Part shown: one piece after another, positions 22,156-33,023 of the stretch | Position numbering within the stretch: the first letter of the stretch is position 1 | How the letters are laid out: each line of letters opens with the position of its first letter | From: an uncultured Spirochaetota bacterium | GTDB taxonomy: Bacteria; Spirochaetota; Brevinematia; Brevinematales; JAOACQ01 | Assembly (NCBI GenBank): GCA_963783575.1 | Contig: CAWAOD010000011.1 | Location: forward strand, 224,001 to 288,000 | Length of the DNA: 64,000 nucleotides | Direction of reading: 5' to 3' | The notes under the pieces: model-generated | What the model saw: the letters and a program-made list of their open reading frames with translations, nothing else | The model's database searches: none | What the model was told of the DNA's origin: nothing | Position numbers and translations under genes: made by a program

Positions 22156-23433
22156 ATGAAAATACTGAAGTATTCCGAATTAAAAAACTACAGGAGAAAT
22201 TTATCCGAAATCGATGACAAATATTTCAATACTGCCGCAGAGATCATTGGAAATGTCAGAAAAAACGGCGATAAAGTGCTTGTCGAATACGCGCGCAAAT
22301 ACGACAGGGTTCAACCGGAAAATTTTTCACTTTTTGTCACGGATGAGGAAAGAGAAAAAGCCGCCGATATTGTAAAAAAGGAGTATAAAGATATATTTGA
22401 ATATTTCATAAACGCCTCCTCGAATATCAGGGAATATCACCGGAGGCAGAAGGAGGAATCCTGGTTTTATACAAAAGAAGGGAATTTATACGGACAGATG
22501 GTCAAGCCACTTGAAAAAGTTGGTGTATACGTGCCCGGCGGAAGGGCTTTTTATCCATCCACGGTTCTGATGAATATAATCCCTGCTAAAATAGCCGGGG
22601 TCAAAGAAATCACCCTTTCAACCCCGCCGGACGAGAAAGGCGGGTGTAATCCCTTCCTGATCGCTCTTGCGGACAGCCTTGGAGCCGATAAAATACTGAA
22701 AGCCGGCGGTGCGCAGGCGATAGCGGCGCTTGCGTTCGGAACTGAAACGATAGAACCTGTCTCAAAAATCACAGGTCCGGGAAATATTTATGTGGCGGCC
22801 GCGAAAAGGCTTGTTATGGGGCAGGTTGGGATAGATTCCATTGCCGGGCCAAGCGAAGTAGTAGTTTTCGCAGACGATTCGGCTGAACCGGACTGGTTAG
22901 CCGCTGATTTATGCGCTCAGGCCGAGCACGACAGCGATGCCACGGCGATTTTGATCTCAAATTCAAAGGATTTGATTGCAAAAGTCAATGATGAATTGAA
23001 TAAAATGATCCCCCAATTAACCAGGAAAGAAATTATAGAAAAATCCATTAATGAAAACGCGATGGCCGTTATTACCGATGATTATGACCAGGGATTCGAG
23101 CTTATAAACCGCCTGGCTCCCGAGCATGCTGAAATTCAGATTAACGTAGATACAAAAGAAATCCTTGGGAAAATATACAATGCCGGGGCCCTGTTCATAG
23201 GAAGATGGACGCCGGTTGCCGCAGGCGATTATTACGCAGGCACCAACCATGTCCTTCCGACATATGGAACGGCCGTCTTTTCCTCGCCGCTTGGAGTCTA
23301 TGATTTTATAAAAAGAACCAGCTTTTTATCATTATCGGAAAATTATATCAAAGCAAAAGGCCCTGAAATTGAAAAAATGGCCGAGTTTGAGAATTTAACC
23401 GCCCATGCGCTATCGGTTAAAAAGAGACTTTAA
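22156..23433 (+). CDS. hisD: Histidinol dehydrogenase
   Basis: VGVYVPGG, GGAQAIAALAFGT, GPGNIYV, AGPSEV, QAEHD, APEH and GDYYAGTNHVLPT. Confidence 0.97.
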   Translation: MKILKYSELKNYRRNLSEIDDKYFNTAAEIIGNVRKNGDKVLVEYARKYDRVQPENFSLFVTDEEREKAADIVKKEYKDIFEYFINASSNIREYHRRQKEESWFYTKEGNLYGQMVKPLEKVGVYVPGGRAFYPSTVLMNIIPAKIAGVKEITLSTPPDEKGGCNPFLIALADSLGADKILKAGGAQAIAALAFGTETIEPVSKITGPGNIYVAAAKRLVMGQVGIDSIAGPSEVVVFADDSAEPDWLAADLCAQAEHDSDATAILISNSKDLIAKVNDELNKMIPQLTRKEIIEKSINENAMAVITDDYDQGFELINRLAPEHAEIQINVDTKEILGKIYNAGALFIGRWTPVAAGDYYAGTNHVLPTYGTAVFSSPLGVYDFIKRTSFLSLSENYIKAKGPEIEKMAEFENLTAHALSVKKRL

Positions 23434-23604
23434 AATAAGTTACACTTATAGGGACGCGCAAAAGCCAGATTTAAAGACGGGTGTTCCAATAAGTCTCTCC
23501 AGGCAACATAAAGATACTGTTGAACGCTAGTTTGCCAAGCAGCAGGATGTTGGACAGTTCGGCAAGCCCAAACACAATGGGCACAAGAGCCTGCCCTGAG
23601 CTTG

Positions 23605-25295
23605 CAGACTGTGTGAAAACACAGTAAATATGCTATAATTATTAGAACAAAAATAATCGGAGTAAGAGATGAAGCATATTGAGGGAGAATCAAGGGATCA
23701 GATAGTTCTGTTCAATGAAACACTGGAAGATCTGTTAGGAGAAGAAGATCCGGTAAGGTTTATAGATATTTTTGTTGATAAGCTAAATATGAAAGGAGTT
23801 GGTTTTAAAGTAAAAGAAGCATCAACCGGCAGAAGTTCATATAAATCCGAAATACTTTTAAAAATCTATATTTACGGATATTTGAATAAAATCAGGACAA
23901 GCAGGAAATTAGAGAGAGAGTGCCGAAGAAACACAGAGTTGATGTGGCTGACTGGACGACTAGCGCCGGATTTCAAGACGATTGCCGACTTCAGGAAAGA
24001 TAATAAGAAGGGAATACAGTCGATATTCAGAGAATTTTTGAAGATATGTCATAAAGCCGGGCTTTTATCATTTGACGTTGTTGGAATTGATGGAACCAAG
24101 ATCAGTGCGCAAAACCACAATAACAATGTTTATCATAGGAAAAACATAGAAGAAATCATACATAGAATAGATCAAAAGATCGAAGAATATTTGAATGAGA
24201 TGGATAAGAACGATAAGGAAGAAAAGAATGAATTTGAATTTCTTTCCGGAAAGATAGCGGAACGTTTAAAGAAAATGAAAACAAAAAAGGATAAAGTTGA
24301 GGCTATTAAAAAGATTTTTGAGGGAAATCCTGAAATGGAGAAATATTATTCAAATGACCCGGAAAGCCGGTTTATGAATGATAAAGGGAAATCCGACATT
24401 GCATATAATCTGCAGATGGCAGTAGATGATGCTAATAAACTGATTGTGGCGATTGATGTGACGAATGAAAACAATGATATCAAACAGATGGCAGGAATGT
24501 GTGACCGAGTAGAAGAAATAAAGGACGAGCTTAAGGTAGAGACTGAAACGGTCAAAGTATCGGATGCCGGTTATTACAGCGAACCGCAGATACTGGAATG
24601 TATAGATAAGGGACATAACGTATATATGCCGAATCCGGATGACGGACATAAGGCAAGGATTCGAGGCAAAGAAGATAATAAAGGAGTACCTGCTGAAGAA
24701 TACCAGGTTGATAAATTCAAATATGATCCGGGACAAAATGTTTATTATTGTCCGGAGGGAAACCCATTAGTGAGAAATGGGAAAAAAGTAGAGAAGGTCA
24801 ATGGAGGAAAAGAGATAGTCAGGTACAAGTGCGGCTTATGCAGCCAATGTGAAGTAAGAAATAAGTGTACTGAAAGCGTGGAAGGACGAAGTATCAAAGT
24901 ACCAGTTAGAAAAGAAGAAATTGAGAACTTCAAGAGGAAAATTCGTTCTGAAGCCGGGAAAAAGATCATAGAGAAAAGGAAAGAGATATGTGAACATCCA
25001 TTTGGATCGATAAAAAGGAATATGGGTTACAGTTATTTTTTAATGAAGGGAAAGGATGGCGTTCTGACGGAATCCAGTTTGGCAGGATTCATTCATAATT
25101 TAATAAAAGTATTGAATATATTGGGAATAAAGAGACTTATGACTCTGGTTTGATGCTAATAAACCATCGTTTATCGTTTTCGGATAGATTTTTTAAACTA
25201 AGATTTTTTTAGCTTGAAAAATATATCAAAAAATGGAGTTTTTGTATAATTAATCGATTTTACTATAAAATTTTACTGAGTTTTCACACAGTCTG
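23605..25295 (+). mobile_element. IS1182-family insertion sequence (element 2, copy a)
   Basis: 16-bp IRs CAGACTGTGTGAAAAC and 3-bp duplication TTG; inserted in the REP-like CTGCCCTGAGCTTGCCGAAGGG. Confidence 0.93.
23669..25153 (+). CDS. IS1182-family transposase
   Basis: SRKLERE, PDFKTIADFRKDN, IDGTKI, DAGYY and EHPFGSIK. Confidence 0.95.
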   Translation: MKHIEGESRDQIVLFNETLEDLLGEEDPVRFIDIFVDKLNMKGVGFKVKEASTGRSSYKSEILLKIYIYGYLNKIRTSRKLERECRRNTELMWLTGRLAPDFKTIADFRKDNKKGIQSIFREFLKICHKAGLLSFDVVGIDGTKISAQNHNNNVYHRKNIEEIIHRIDQKIEEYLNEMDKNDKEEKNEFEFLSGKIAERLKKMKTKKDKVEAIKKIFEGNPEMEKYYSNDPESRFMNDKGKSDIAYNLQMAVDDANKLIVAIDVTNENNDIKQMAGMCDRVEEIKDELKVETETVKVSDAGYYSEPQILECIDKGHNVYMPNPDDGHKARIRGKEDNKGVPAEEYQVDKFKYDPGQNVYYCPEGNPLVRNGKKVEKVNGGKEIVRYKCGLCSQCEVRNKCTESVEGRSIKVPVRKEEIENFKRKIRSEAGKKIIEKRKEICEHPFGSIKRNMGYSYFLMKGKDGVLTESSLAGFIHNLIKVLNILGIKRLMTLV

Positions 25296-25338
25296 TTGCC
25301 GAAGGGATGTGCCATAAAATTTTCTGTTTAACAACAGA

Positions 25339-25377
25339 GACAGCCGAACGCTAGTTCGGCAGCGACACGATGTCGCA
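25339..25377 (+). repeat. Repeat C, copy 2
   Basis: GACAGCCGAACGCTAGTTCGGCAGCGACACGATGTCGCA. Confidence 0.85.
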
Positions 25378-25388
25378 GGGCACGCTTG

Positions 25389-26238
25389 TTAACGCCAGAA
25401 CCCGGCTTCTTCCTCCAAGTCCTCGCCGGTTTTGATATTCGCCAGTTCTTTCATCGACTTCGGGATTTTTAAGAAGCTGTTCAAAGCGGCTTTTTTATTA
25501 AAAGCCTTCATCAACACCGCGCCTAAAAGTACTCCATCAAACCCGCATCTTGCTGTTTTAATTGCGTCCTCGCGGCTCCGGATGGACGAAAGGCTGATCT
25601 TAACTGTATCTTCGGGAATCAGGTAAACTTCTCTCAAAGAATGGTTCAAATCCTCCTCAAAAGTAAAAAGATTCCTGTTGTTAATACCTATTATCTTAGC
25701 GTCCAGCCCGACGGCCCTTTTGATATTTTCGGGGAGATGGGCTTCGACAATGCGCATGCAGGCCCTGCCGATATGTGTATTCATACAAATCAAACAGCAG
25801 CCTGTCGTCCAGGATATCTGTGATTAGGAGAACAGCGCTAGCCCCGGAAAGTTTTGCCAGATCGATCTGGATTTTGTCGATGACAAAATCTTTACACAGG
25901 AGCGGCGCTGAGACTGTTTTTGAAATATCGGTCAAAAATTCGAAACTGCCGCCGAAGAATTTCTCATCCGTTAATACCGAAATAGCGTCAGCGCCAACCT
26001 CATCATAAACTTTTGCTATCGCGAGGGGAGATTCATTCATATCCATCACTCCATGCGACGGCGACATCCTCTTAATTTCCGCTATGACTGACAAAAAATC
26101 CACTTTTTTAACCGCGTTCTCAAATGAAGGTACTTCATGGCCCGTTCCCGAGAATATATGCTCCCCATGAAGGTCTTTGAATTCCTTTACCTCGCGGCGT
26201 TTATTTTCCAGAATATCTTCCATCTTATTTTGATTCAT
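25389..26238 (-). CDS. trpC: Indole-3-glycerol phosphate synthase, one +1 frameshift near 25752
   Basis: IAEIKRMSPS, AISVLTDEKFFGGS and LCKDF, then IIGINNRNL in a second frame. Confidence 0.9.
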
Positions 26239-26259
26239 TGCCAGCCTCCTTTACAATTT

Positions 26260-27876
26260 CTATGCCCGGTGGTTTGAAACTTCAACAAGTTTTTCCAGCG
26301 CCTGATATGCCTTGCCATTGTCAATAGCCTGTTCCGCCGATAAAAACGCCTGCCGCATATCCAGGTTCTTTGTGACATACAGGGTCAGGCCCGAGTTTAA
26401 GACAACCGCTTTCCTGGCATCACCCTTCTCTTCGCCTTTAAGAATTCTTTTTATCAAATCCGCGCTTTCCTGAGAACTTTCAACTTTGAGGTTCTTTATT
26501 TTGCCGTCCAGGCCGTAATCTTTCGCCTCAAGAACGGCATCGGTAATTTTCCCATCCCTGATGTCTTTCAAGTAAGTCTTCCCTTCGATGCTGGCCTCAT
26601 CAATGCCGGCATCGCCGTAAACCACAAGCGAATGTTTGTGGCCGAGACTGGCAAAAACAGGCGGTATCAATTCAAGGAGTTCCTTTGAATAAACTCCCAT
26701 CACATGATGCTTTACTCCCGCCGGGTTTACGATCGGCCCGAGGATATTGAAGATGGTCCTGACGCCTATTTCACGCCTTGAAGGCCCGACATGCTTCATC
26801 GCAGGATGAAACAGCGGTGCAAACATAAACCCGATGCCGGCTTTTTCAATGCATTCCTTTGCTTCTTCCCTGCTCAACTGAATATTAACGCCGAGTTTTT
26901 CAAGGACATCCGCCGATCCGCTCTTGCTGGTAACCGAACGGTTGCCATGCTTGGCGATATAAACGCCGCACCCTGCCGCAACAAAGGCGCTGGCCGTTGA
27001 AATATTGAATGTTCCGGATTTATCGCCGCCACTGCCGCAGGTATCTGCCATGGGATACAGAGCGGAGTCGATCTTTACGCAGGCATTGAACATTGATGCC
27101 GCGCTTCCTGAGATTTCCTCGGCTTTTTCTCCCTTCATACTCATTCCCATAAGATAGGCCCCGATCTGGGAAACCGTTGCATGGCCTTTCATTATGTAAT
27201 CCATCATTTCATGGGCTTCTTCCTGTTTTAAATCTTTTCTTTCAAAGACAATGTTGATAAAGGTTTTTATCCTTGCCGAAGTCCTGTCGCTCTGCTGTAT
27301 TTCTTTCTTTTTGGCGACAAGGTTTACAAAATTCTTGATAATAGCTTTTCCATCCTCGGTCAGGATCGATTCAGGATGGAACTGTATCCCATAAATATCC
27401 CTGCCCTTAACTTTCAAACCCATTATTTCCCCGTCATCGCTCTCTGCCGTGATTTCAAGATTTTCAGGCAGGTTTTCTTTTTTTGCCGCCAGAGAATGAT
27501 AGCGTATCCCGTTAAGCGGATTTTTTACTCCCTCAAACAAATCCTTCCCGTTATGATTGATAACCGAGGATTTGCCATGCAGGATATGCCCGGCGCCGAC
27601 AACTTCACCGCCGTAAGCGTAAGCTATTCCCTGGTGCCCGAGGCATACTCCTAATAGCGGAATATCATTGCAGTTTTTAATCAGGTCCATCGAAACCTTT
27701 GAATCTTCGGGCCTTCCCGGGCCTGGTGAAATGATGATTCCGTCCGGGTTCATCGCAAGGGCTTTGTCCAGAGTGATCTTATCATTCCGGAAAACCTTGA
27801 TGTCGCTGTAAAATTCCCCAACATACTGCACAATGTTGTAGATAAACGAGTCATAATTGTCGATTACTAAAATCAT
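26260..27876 (-). CDS. trpGD: Bifunctional anthranilate synthase component II / anthranilate phosphoribosyltransferase (TrpG-TrpD fusion)
   Basis: IDNYDSF, GVCLGHQ and QFHPES, followed by DTCGSGGD, NIST and KHGNRSVTSKSGSAD. Confidence 0.95.
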   Translation of the reverse strand: MILVIDNYDSFIYNIVQYVGEFYSDIKVFRNDKITLDKALAMNPDGIIISPGPGRPEDSKVSMDLIKNCNDIPLLGVCLGHQGIAYAYGGEVVGAGHILHGKSSVINHNGKDLFEGVKNPLNGIRYHSLAAKKENLPENLEITAESDDGEIMGLKVKGRDIYGIQFHPESILTEDGKAIIKNFVNLVAKKKEIQQSDRTSARIKTFINIVFERKDLKQEEAHEMMDYIMKGHATVSQIGAYLMGMSMKGEKAEEISGSAASMFNACVKIDSALYPMADTCGSGGDKSGTFNISTASAFVAAGCGVYIAKHGNRSVTSKSGSADVLEKLGVNIQLSREEAKECIEKAGIGFMFAPLFHPAMKHVGPSRREIGVRTIFNILGPIVNPAGVKHHVMGVYSKELLELIPPVFASLGHKHSLVVYGDAGIDEASIEGKTYLKDIRDGKITDAVLEAKDYGLDGKIKNLKVESSQESADLIKRILKGEEKGDARKAVVLNSGLTLYVTKNLDMRQAFLSAEQAIDNGKAYQALEKLVEVSNHRA

Positions 27877-27893
27877 ACCGCAACCTCCTTTTA

Positions 27894-28709
27894 TTATTTA
27901 TTGTTATGATTTACCTGTTTTATCTCAAAAATATAAAATTGAATCAGATGCCTTATATTAAAATTCTCCGGCGTAATTTTTTCCAGCAGCTTTTGATGCT
28001 CGTTATCGAATTTTTCGATTTTATCCTTTGCCAGTGAAGCGCCGATTCCCCTGGACGCTCTTATTCTTCCCCTCCATGATTCATAATTAAAAGGAATGTT
28101 CTCTTTATATTTATGAAATGATTTTAAGGAAAACTTCTCTTTTGACCAATTGGGCACAGGATTGACATTATCTGTAAAACCCCCGCCTTTCCAGTCAGGA
28201 TTATATTTTAAAATCAATTCTTCCGTTTTTTGCGCGATATTATCCTCTAATGGCAGCCAGATCAATGAACTGACCATTAACAACCCGTCTTTTCTCAATA
28301 ATCTGATTACTTCAGGAATTATTTTTTCTTTATCAAAATACATCCAGCACATACTCGCGGTTAAAGCATCAAAACTATGATCAGGCAGCATTGTACTTTC
28401 AGCGCTGCTTACTACAAATTTTATATTCAGTTTTTCTTTATCCGCCAGGCTCCTTGCCGCGGAAATCTGCTCCTCGGAAATATCCAGCGCCGTCACATTG
28501 GAACCCTGCCTGTTGAAAGGAATGGCCAGAGCTCCTGTCCCTGTCCCTATATCAAGAATTTCCTGGCCTCTTAAGCCGATTCCCAGCATTTGAAGCAATG
28601 AAAAAAAGTTTTCGGGATAACCTGGCCTGTACAAAAGATAATCTTTTGAAGTCAAACCCCAATCAAACTGTTTTCCGTTATCGATATTCTCTTTCATCTG
28701 CATATCCAA
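27894..28709 (-). CDS. Class I SAM-dependent methyltransferase
   Basis: YRPGYP, ILDIGTGTG and ALDISEEQI. Confidence 0.9.
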   Translation of the reverse strand: MDMQMKENIDNGKQFDWGLTSKDYLLYRPGYPENFFSLLQMLGIGLRGQEILDIGTGTGALAIPFNRQGSNVTALDISEEQISAARSLADKEKLNIKFVVSSAESTMLPDHSFDALTASMCWMYFDKEKIIPEVIRLLRKDGLLMVSSLIWLPLEDNIAQKTEELILKYNPDWKGGGFTDNVNPVPNWSKEKFSLKSFHKYKENIPFNYESWRGRIRASRGIGASLAKDKIEKFDNEHQKLLEKITPENFNIRHLIQFYIFEIKQVNHNNK

Positions 28710-28815
28710 CCGCCATAACTTATAAATTATTATAAATTAGTGAAAACCTGTAGTGAGCCCTTTCGATTCCTCAGGGTCGAATCAATTCGTGAAATTCGTG
28801 GCAAATAATGTATAA

Positions 28816-29535
28816 CTAATGCCTAAAAATTCTCGCCAGATAGTCTCCTTCATTGTCCTTTACAATAATTTCACAATTCCAGCCGGATTTTTCCGTATAA
28901 TTTTTCAACGTATCGAAATCAATATAAAGCCAGTTGAATTCATTGCCCAGGATCTTTTTATATTCCAGTCTGTATTTAACTTCACCGGAATATTTTCCCG
29001 ACTCTTCATTCTTTTTTACATATTCAATATCAAGCGGGTCTTTTGAGATTCTTAAATCATAAGAATTCATTAATATAAGGCCTCCCGGCTTCAATAACGC
29101 ATCCATACGGTTTAAATAATGATTCAGATTATCAAGAGTACCCGCCATTCCTATATTCCTGCCCAAAAAGCAGACCGTATCGAACAGGCCGCCGTTGTAA
29201 TCAATAAAATCCTTACAGAGAACATTTTTCTGGCCCCTCTTTTTTAAAACATTGCAAATGTCCCTTGAAATATCAATAGCCAGGACATTGAAGCCTTTAC
29301 CCTGCAGAACCAGGCTATGCGCGCCGGCGCCCGCTCCAACAACCAGAATATTTCCATAGCAATAATCCAATGCCGGTTTTTCAGCCAAAAAATACTGTTC
29401 AGGACTTCTGAAATACATGCTGACTTCAGTATTTTCAACTTTGCCGTCATCCCTGTAAGTTGTATAAACGGCGTTTCTATTTCCATCGAAATAATCTTTT
29501 ATGGCTTTCCCTAAGGGTTTCATAGAGTCTGTCAT
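28816..29535 (-). CDS. Class I SAM-dependent methyltransferase
   Basis: ILVVGAGAGAHSL, AIDIS and LLKPGG. Confidence 0.88.
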   Translation of the reverse strand: MTDSMKPLGKAIKDYFDGNRNAVYTTYRDDGKVENTEVSMYFRSPEQYFLAEKPALDYCYGNILVVGAGAGAHSLVLQGKGFNVLAIDISRDICNVLKKRGQKNVLCKDFIDYNGGLFDTVCFLGRNIGMAGTLDNLNHYLNRMDALLKPGGLILMNSYDLRISKDPLDIEYVKKNEESGKYSGEVKYRLEYKKILGNEFNWLYIDFDTLKNYTEKSGWNCEIIVKDNEGDYLARIFRH

Positions 29536-29554
29536 ATCAACCTCAAATTAATCC

Positions 29555-30271
29555 TTATTTAATCGCGTAAAAACCGGCCTGCATATAGGAATACCAGAGA
29601 ATTTCAACTGTTTTAAAGCCGGCTTTTGTTAATATTTCCATGTGCTCAGGAACAGTTATCGGGAAAAATTCCTTATCGAGTCTGCTTAAATGTTTATTCG
29701 CCTCTTCGACGCTTTTTCCTTTTGAAACCTGAAAACTTTTCCAGTAATCCCTGCCGGTTTTTAAACCGGCTTCTGTAAACGGCCTTATATTCTCAAATGT
29801 AATAAATACCCCGCCAGTTCTCAATAATTCCCAGCAAACCCCAATTGCCGATTTTCTTTTTTCGGTAGAATAATAGTGGTGCGATTGTATCGCAGTAATT
29901 ACATCAATCCTGTCCATAGGAAGTCCTGACGGCGCAGGAATCAAACTGTCAGTACCTATGGGATCAAGAAAGGTTATAAGGTTTCGAGGTAAATGAAGAA
30001 GCTTATTTTTTGCTATCTCGAGCATTGAGGAAGAAGGATCGGCAAGAATAAACCTGGTTTTGCGGAACTCCATAGCAGCTTTCTCAACAAATGTCCCGGT
30101 TCCGCAGCCTGTATCCAGCCATAAACCGGGTTCCATTTCCATTGACTTAACCAGATTTATCGTTTCCTGATGAAATGCTTCGTAGTATGGAATTGTTTTC
30201 CTGACGTCACTGTCGTAAGCCGTTGATGTATGTGCCGTTGTATTATCTTTTTCAGAAGTTTTTTCATTCAT
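29555..30271 (-). CDS. Class I SAM-dependent methyltransferase (CmoA/Tam-like)
   Basis: RKTIPYY, WLDTGCGTG and ADPSSSML. Confidence 0.88.
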   Translation of the reverse strand: MNEKTSEKDNTTAHTSTAYDSDVRKTIPYYEAFHQETINLVKSMEMEPGLWLDTGCGTGTFVEKAAMEFRKTRFILADPSSSMLEIAKNKLLHLPRNLITFLDPIGTDSLIPAPSGLPMDRIDVITAIQSHHYYSTEKRKSAIGVCWELLRTGGVFITFENIRPFTEAGLKTGRDYWKSFQVSKGKSVEEANKHLSRLDKEFFPITVPEHMEILTKAGFKTVEILWYSYMQAGFYAIK

Positions 30272-30296
30272 AAAAATTTACCCCTGTTTTATCAAA

Positions 30297-30974
30297 TTAA
30301 AAAATTCTAAGCATTTTATTTCCGTCTATCTGGAACTCATAAGGAACAATTGTAATCTCAACCGTTTTGCCTTCATTTTTAAATGTAGTGCGTATATTAT
30401 CAACATAAGACGACTCTATCCCGTTTACATTCAGTAAAGGAAAAATCCTCACTTCTTTCGCTACTCTCAGCATTTCCCTGACGGATTGAATATGGAAATC
30501 AAGAGATAAATTTTCTGCATGCAAAAACAAAAAATGAGAGCTTAAAGCAATATCGAATTCCTCATCCTTGAAAGGCAGAACCGGCAATTCGGCCGGAATA
30601 TACCTCCCCTCGGATTTTCCCTTTTCAAAATCCATTAAAAACTGACGCATTGCCCTCATCCTGGTTTTTCCCAATTCCTCAACCGACCTGATTTTTTCCC
30701 ATATAAATTTTTCCTGGTTTCTGTAAGTCTGGCTGATCACTTCCTCGTAAGTTTCATGAATCCTGTATTCAATATCATCAGCGTTCATACAATAAATCGG
30801 GTCTATAGATATGACATTGCAGCCTCTTAATGTCATTTCGGAATTAAAACCTGCGGGTCCGTCGCCGCATCCCAGGATCTTTTTATTAAAGTCATTATCC
30901 TTCAAATCGAACATACTGCAGTATTCTTCGAATGATCTTCCCCATGGTACAACATTTTTGTAATGGAATGCCAT
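30297..30974 (-). CDS. SAM-dependent methyltransferase
   Basis: VVPWGRS, ILGCGDGPAGFN and LPFKDEEFDIALSSHFLF. Confidence 0.85.
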   Translation of the reverse strand: MAFHYKNVVPWGRSFEEYCSMFDLKDNDFNKKILGCGDGPAGFNSEMTLRGCNVISIDPIYCMNADDIEYRIHETYEEVISQTYRNQEKFIWEKIRSVEELGKTRMRAMRQFLMDFEKGKSEGRYIPAELPVLPFKDEEFDIALSSHFLFLHAENLSLDFHIQSVREMLRVAKEVRIFPLLNVNGIESSYVDNIRTTFKNEGKTVEITIVPYEFQIDGNKMLRIF

Positions 30975-30992
30975 ATTTTACTCCAGCCTGAA

Positions 30993-31283
30993 TTAATTTA
31001 TTCCTTTTATATTCATGGTTTCCTGCCTGATAAAACAATCTATAATAGTCCGGTATATTTTTTCGGCGATTTCCGGGTTCAAACCGTATTCAAGAGATTC
31101 TTCCCTCACTTTTTCCATCACAATTTTTACCCTGTCCGGCGCTTTAACCTCTTCGGAGTTTTTTTTAAATTCAGCCGCCTGAAAAACATATACGCTTCTT
31201 TCCGCTAAAAGCCGGATAATTTCTTTATCAATACCGTCGATTTTCTGCCTTATTTTATCCAGCGATCCGTATTCCGAAATCAT
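30993..31283 (-). CDS. Chorismate mutase type 2 / PchB-like protein
   Basis: LDKIRQKIDGIDKEIIRLLAER...KK...APDR; AGGAG RBS. Confidence 0.85.
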   Translation of the reverse strand: MISEYGSLDKIRQKIDGIDKEIIRLLAERSVYVFQAAEFKKNSEEVKAPDRVKIVMEKVREESLEYGLNPEIAEKIYRTIIDCFIRQETMNIKGIN

Positions 31284-31321
31284 GATCAAATTCACTCCTA
31301 TAATTGTCTGCCCTGAGCCTG

Positions 31322-33012
31322 CAGACTGTGTGAAAACTCAGTAAAATTTTATAGTAAAATCGATTAATTATACAAAAACTCCATTTTTTGATATATTTTT
31401 CAAGCTAAAAAAATCTTAGTTTAAAAAATCTATCCGAATACGATAAACGATGGTTTATTAGCATCAAACCAGAGTCATAAGTCTCTTTATTCCCAATATA
31501 TTCAATACTTTTATTAAATTATGAATGAATCCTGCCAAACTGGATTCCGTCAGAACGCCATCCTTTCCCTTCATTAAAAAATAACTGTAACCCATATTCC
31601 TTTTTATCGATCCAAATGGATGTTCACATATCTCTTTCCTTTTCTCTATGATCTTTTTCCCGGCTTCAGAACGAATTTTCCTCTTGAAGTTCTCAATTTC
31701 TTCTTTTCTAACTGGTACTTTGATACTTCGTCCTTCCACGCTTTCAGTACACTTATTTCTTACTTCACATTGGCTGTATAAGCCGCACTTGTACCTGACT
31801 ATCTCTTTTCCTCCATTGACCTTCTCTACTTTTTTCCCATTTCTCACTAATGGGTTTCCCTCCGGACAATAATAAACATTTTGTCCCGGATCATATTTGA
31901 ATTTATCAACCTGGTATTCTTCAGCAGGTACTCCTTTATTATCTTCTTTGCCTCGAATCCTTGCCTTATGTCCGTCATCCGGATTCGGCATATATACGTT
32001 ATGTCCCTTATCTATACATTCCAGTATCTGCGGTTCGCTGTAATAACCGGCATCCGATACTTTGACCGTTTCAGTCTCTACCTTAAGCTCGTCCTTTATT
32101 TCTTCTACTCGGTCACACATTCCTGCCATCTGTTTGATATCATTGTTTTCATTCGTCACATCAATCACCACAATCAGTTTATTCGCATCATCTACTGCCA
32201 TCTGCAGATTATATGCAATGTCGGATTTCCCTTTATCATTCATAAACCGACTTTCCGGGTCATTTGAATAATATTTCTCCATTTCAGGATTTCCCTCAAA
32301 AATCTTTTTAATAGCCTCAACTTTATCCTTTTTTGTTTTCATTTTCTTTAAACGTTCCGCTATCTTTCCGGAAAGAAATTCAAATTCATTCTTTTCTTCC
32401 TTATCGTTCTTATCCATCTCATTCAAATATTCTTCGATCTTTTGATCTATTCTATGTATGATTTCTTCTATGTTTTTCCTATGATAAACATTGTTATTGT
32501 GGTTTTGCGCACTGATCTTGGTTCCATCAATTCCAACAACGTCAAATGATAAAAGCCCGGCTTTATGACATATCTTCAAAAATTCTCTGAATATCGACTG
32601 TATTCCCTTCTTATTATCTTTCCTGAAGTCGGCAATCGTCTTGAAATCCGGCGCTAGTCGTCCAGTCAGCCACATCAACTCTGTGTTTCTTCGGCACTCT
32701 CTCTCTAATTTCCTGCTTGTCCTGATTTTATTCAAATATCCGTAAATATAGATTTTTAAAAGTATTTCGGATTTATATGAACTTCTGCCGGTTGATGCTT
32801 CTTTTACTTTAAAACCAACTCCTTTCATATTTAGCTTATCAACAAAAATATCTATAAACCTTACCGGATCTTCTTCTCCTAACAGATCTTCCAGTGTTTC
32901 ATTGAACAGAACTATCTGATCCCTTGATTCTCCCTCAATATGCTTCATCTTTTACTCCGATTATTTTTGTTCTAATAATTATAGCATATTTACTGTGTTT
33001 TCACACAGTCTG
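31322..33012 (-). mobile_element. IS1182-family insertion sequence (element 2, copy b)
   Basis: Same 16-bp IRs and a 3-bp duplication CTG; target CTGCCCTGAGCCTGTCGAAGGG. Confidence 0.93.
31464..32948 (-). CDS. IS1182-family transposase
   Basis: Protein matches copy a apart from two substitutions seen (A>V and C>Y). Confidence 0.95.
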   Translation of the reverse strand: MKHIEGESRDQIVLFNETLEDLLGEEDPVRFIDIFVDKLNMKGVGFKVKEASTGRSSYKSEILLKIYIYGYLNKIRTSRKLERECRRNTELMWLTGRLAPDFKTIADFRKDNKKGIQSIFREFLKICHKAGLLSFDVVGIDGTKISAQNHNNNVYHRKNIEEIIHRIDQKIEEYLNEMDKNDKEEKNEFEFLSGKIAERLKKMKTKKDKVEAIKKIFEGNPEMEKYYSNDPESRFMNDKGKSDIAYNLQMAVDDANKLIVVIDVTNENNDIKQMAGMCDRVEEIKDELKVETETVKVSDAGYYSEPQILECIDKGHNVYMPNPDDGHKARIRGKEDNKGVPAEEYQVDKFKYDPGQNVYYCPEGNPLVRNGKKVEKVNGGKEIVRYKCGLYSQCEVRNKCTESVEGRSIKVPVRKEEIENFKRKIRSEAGKKIIEKRKEICEHPFGSIKRNMGYSYFLMKGKDGVLTESSLAGFIHNLIKVLNILGIKRLMTLV

Positions 33013-33023
33013 CTGTCGAAGGG

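Noticed and set aside
27894..31283. Integron cassette array
   Set aside because: Spacers are mostly under 30 bp, with no attC-like sites and no integrase.
23605..33012. Composite transposon carrying trp genes and methyltransferases
   Set aside because: Each IS copy has its own target duplication and target site, and the operon continues past copy b to trpE.
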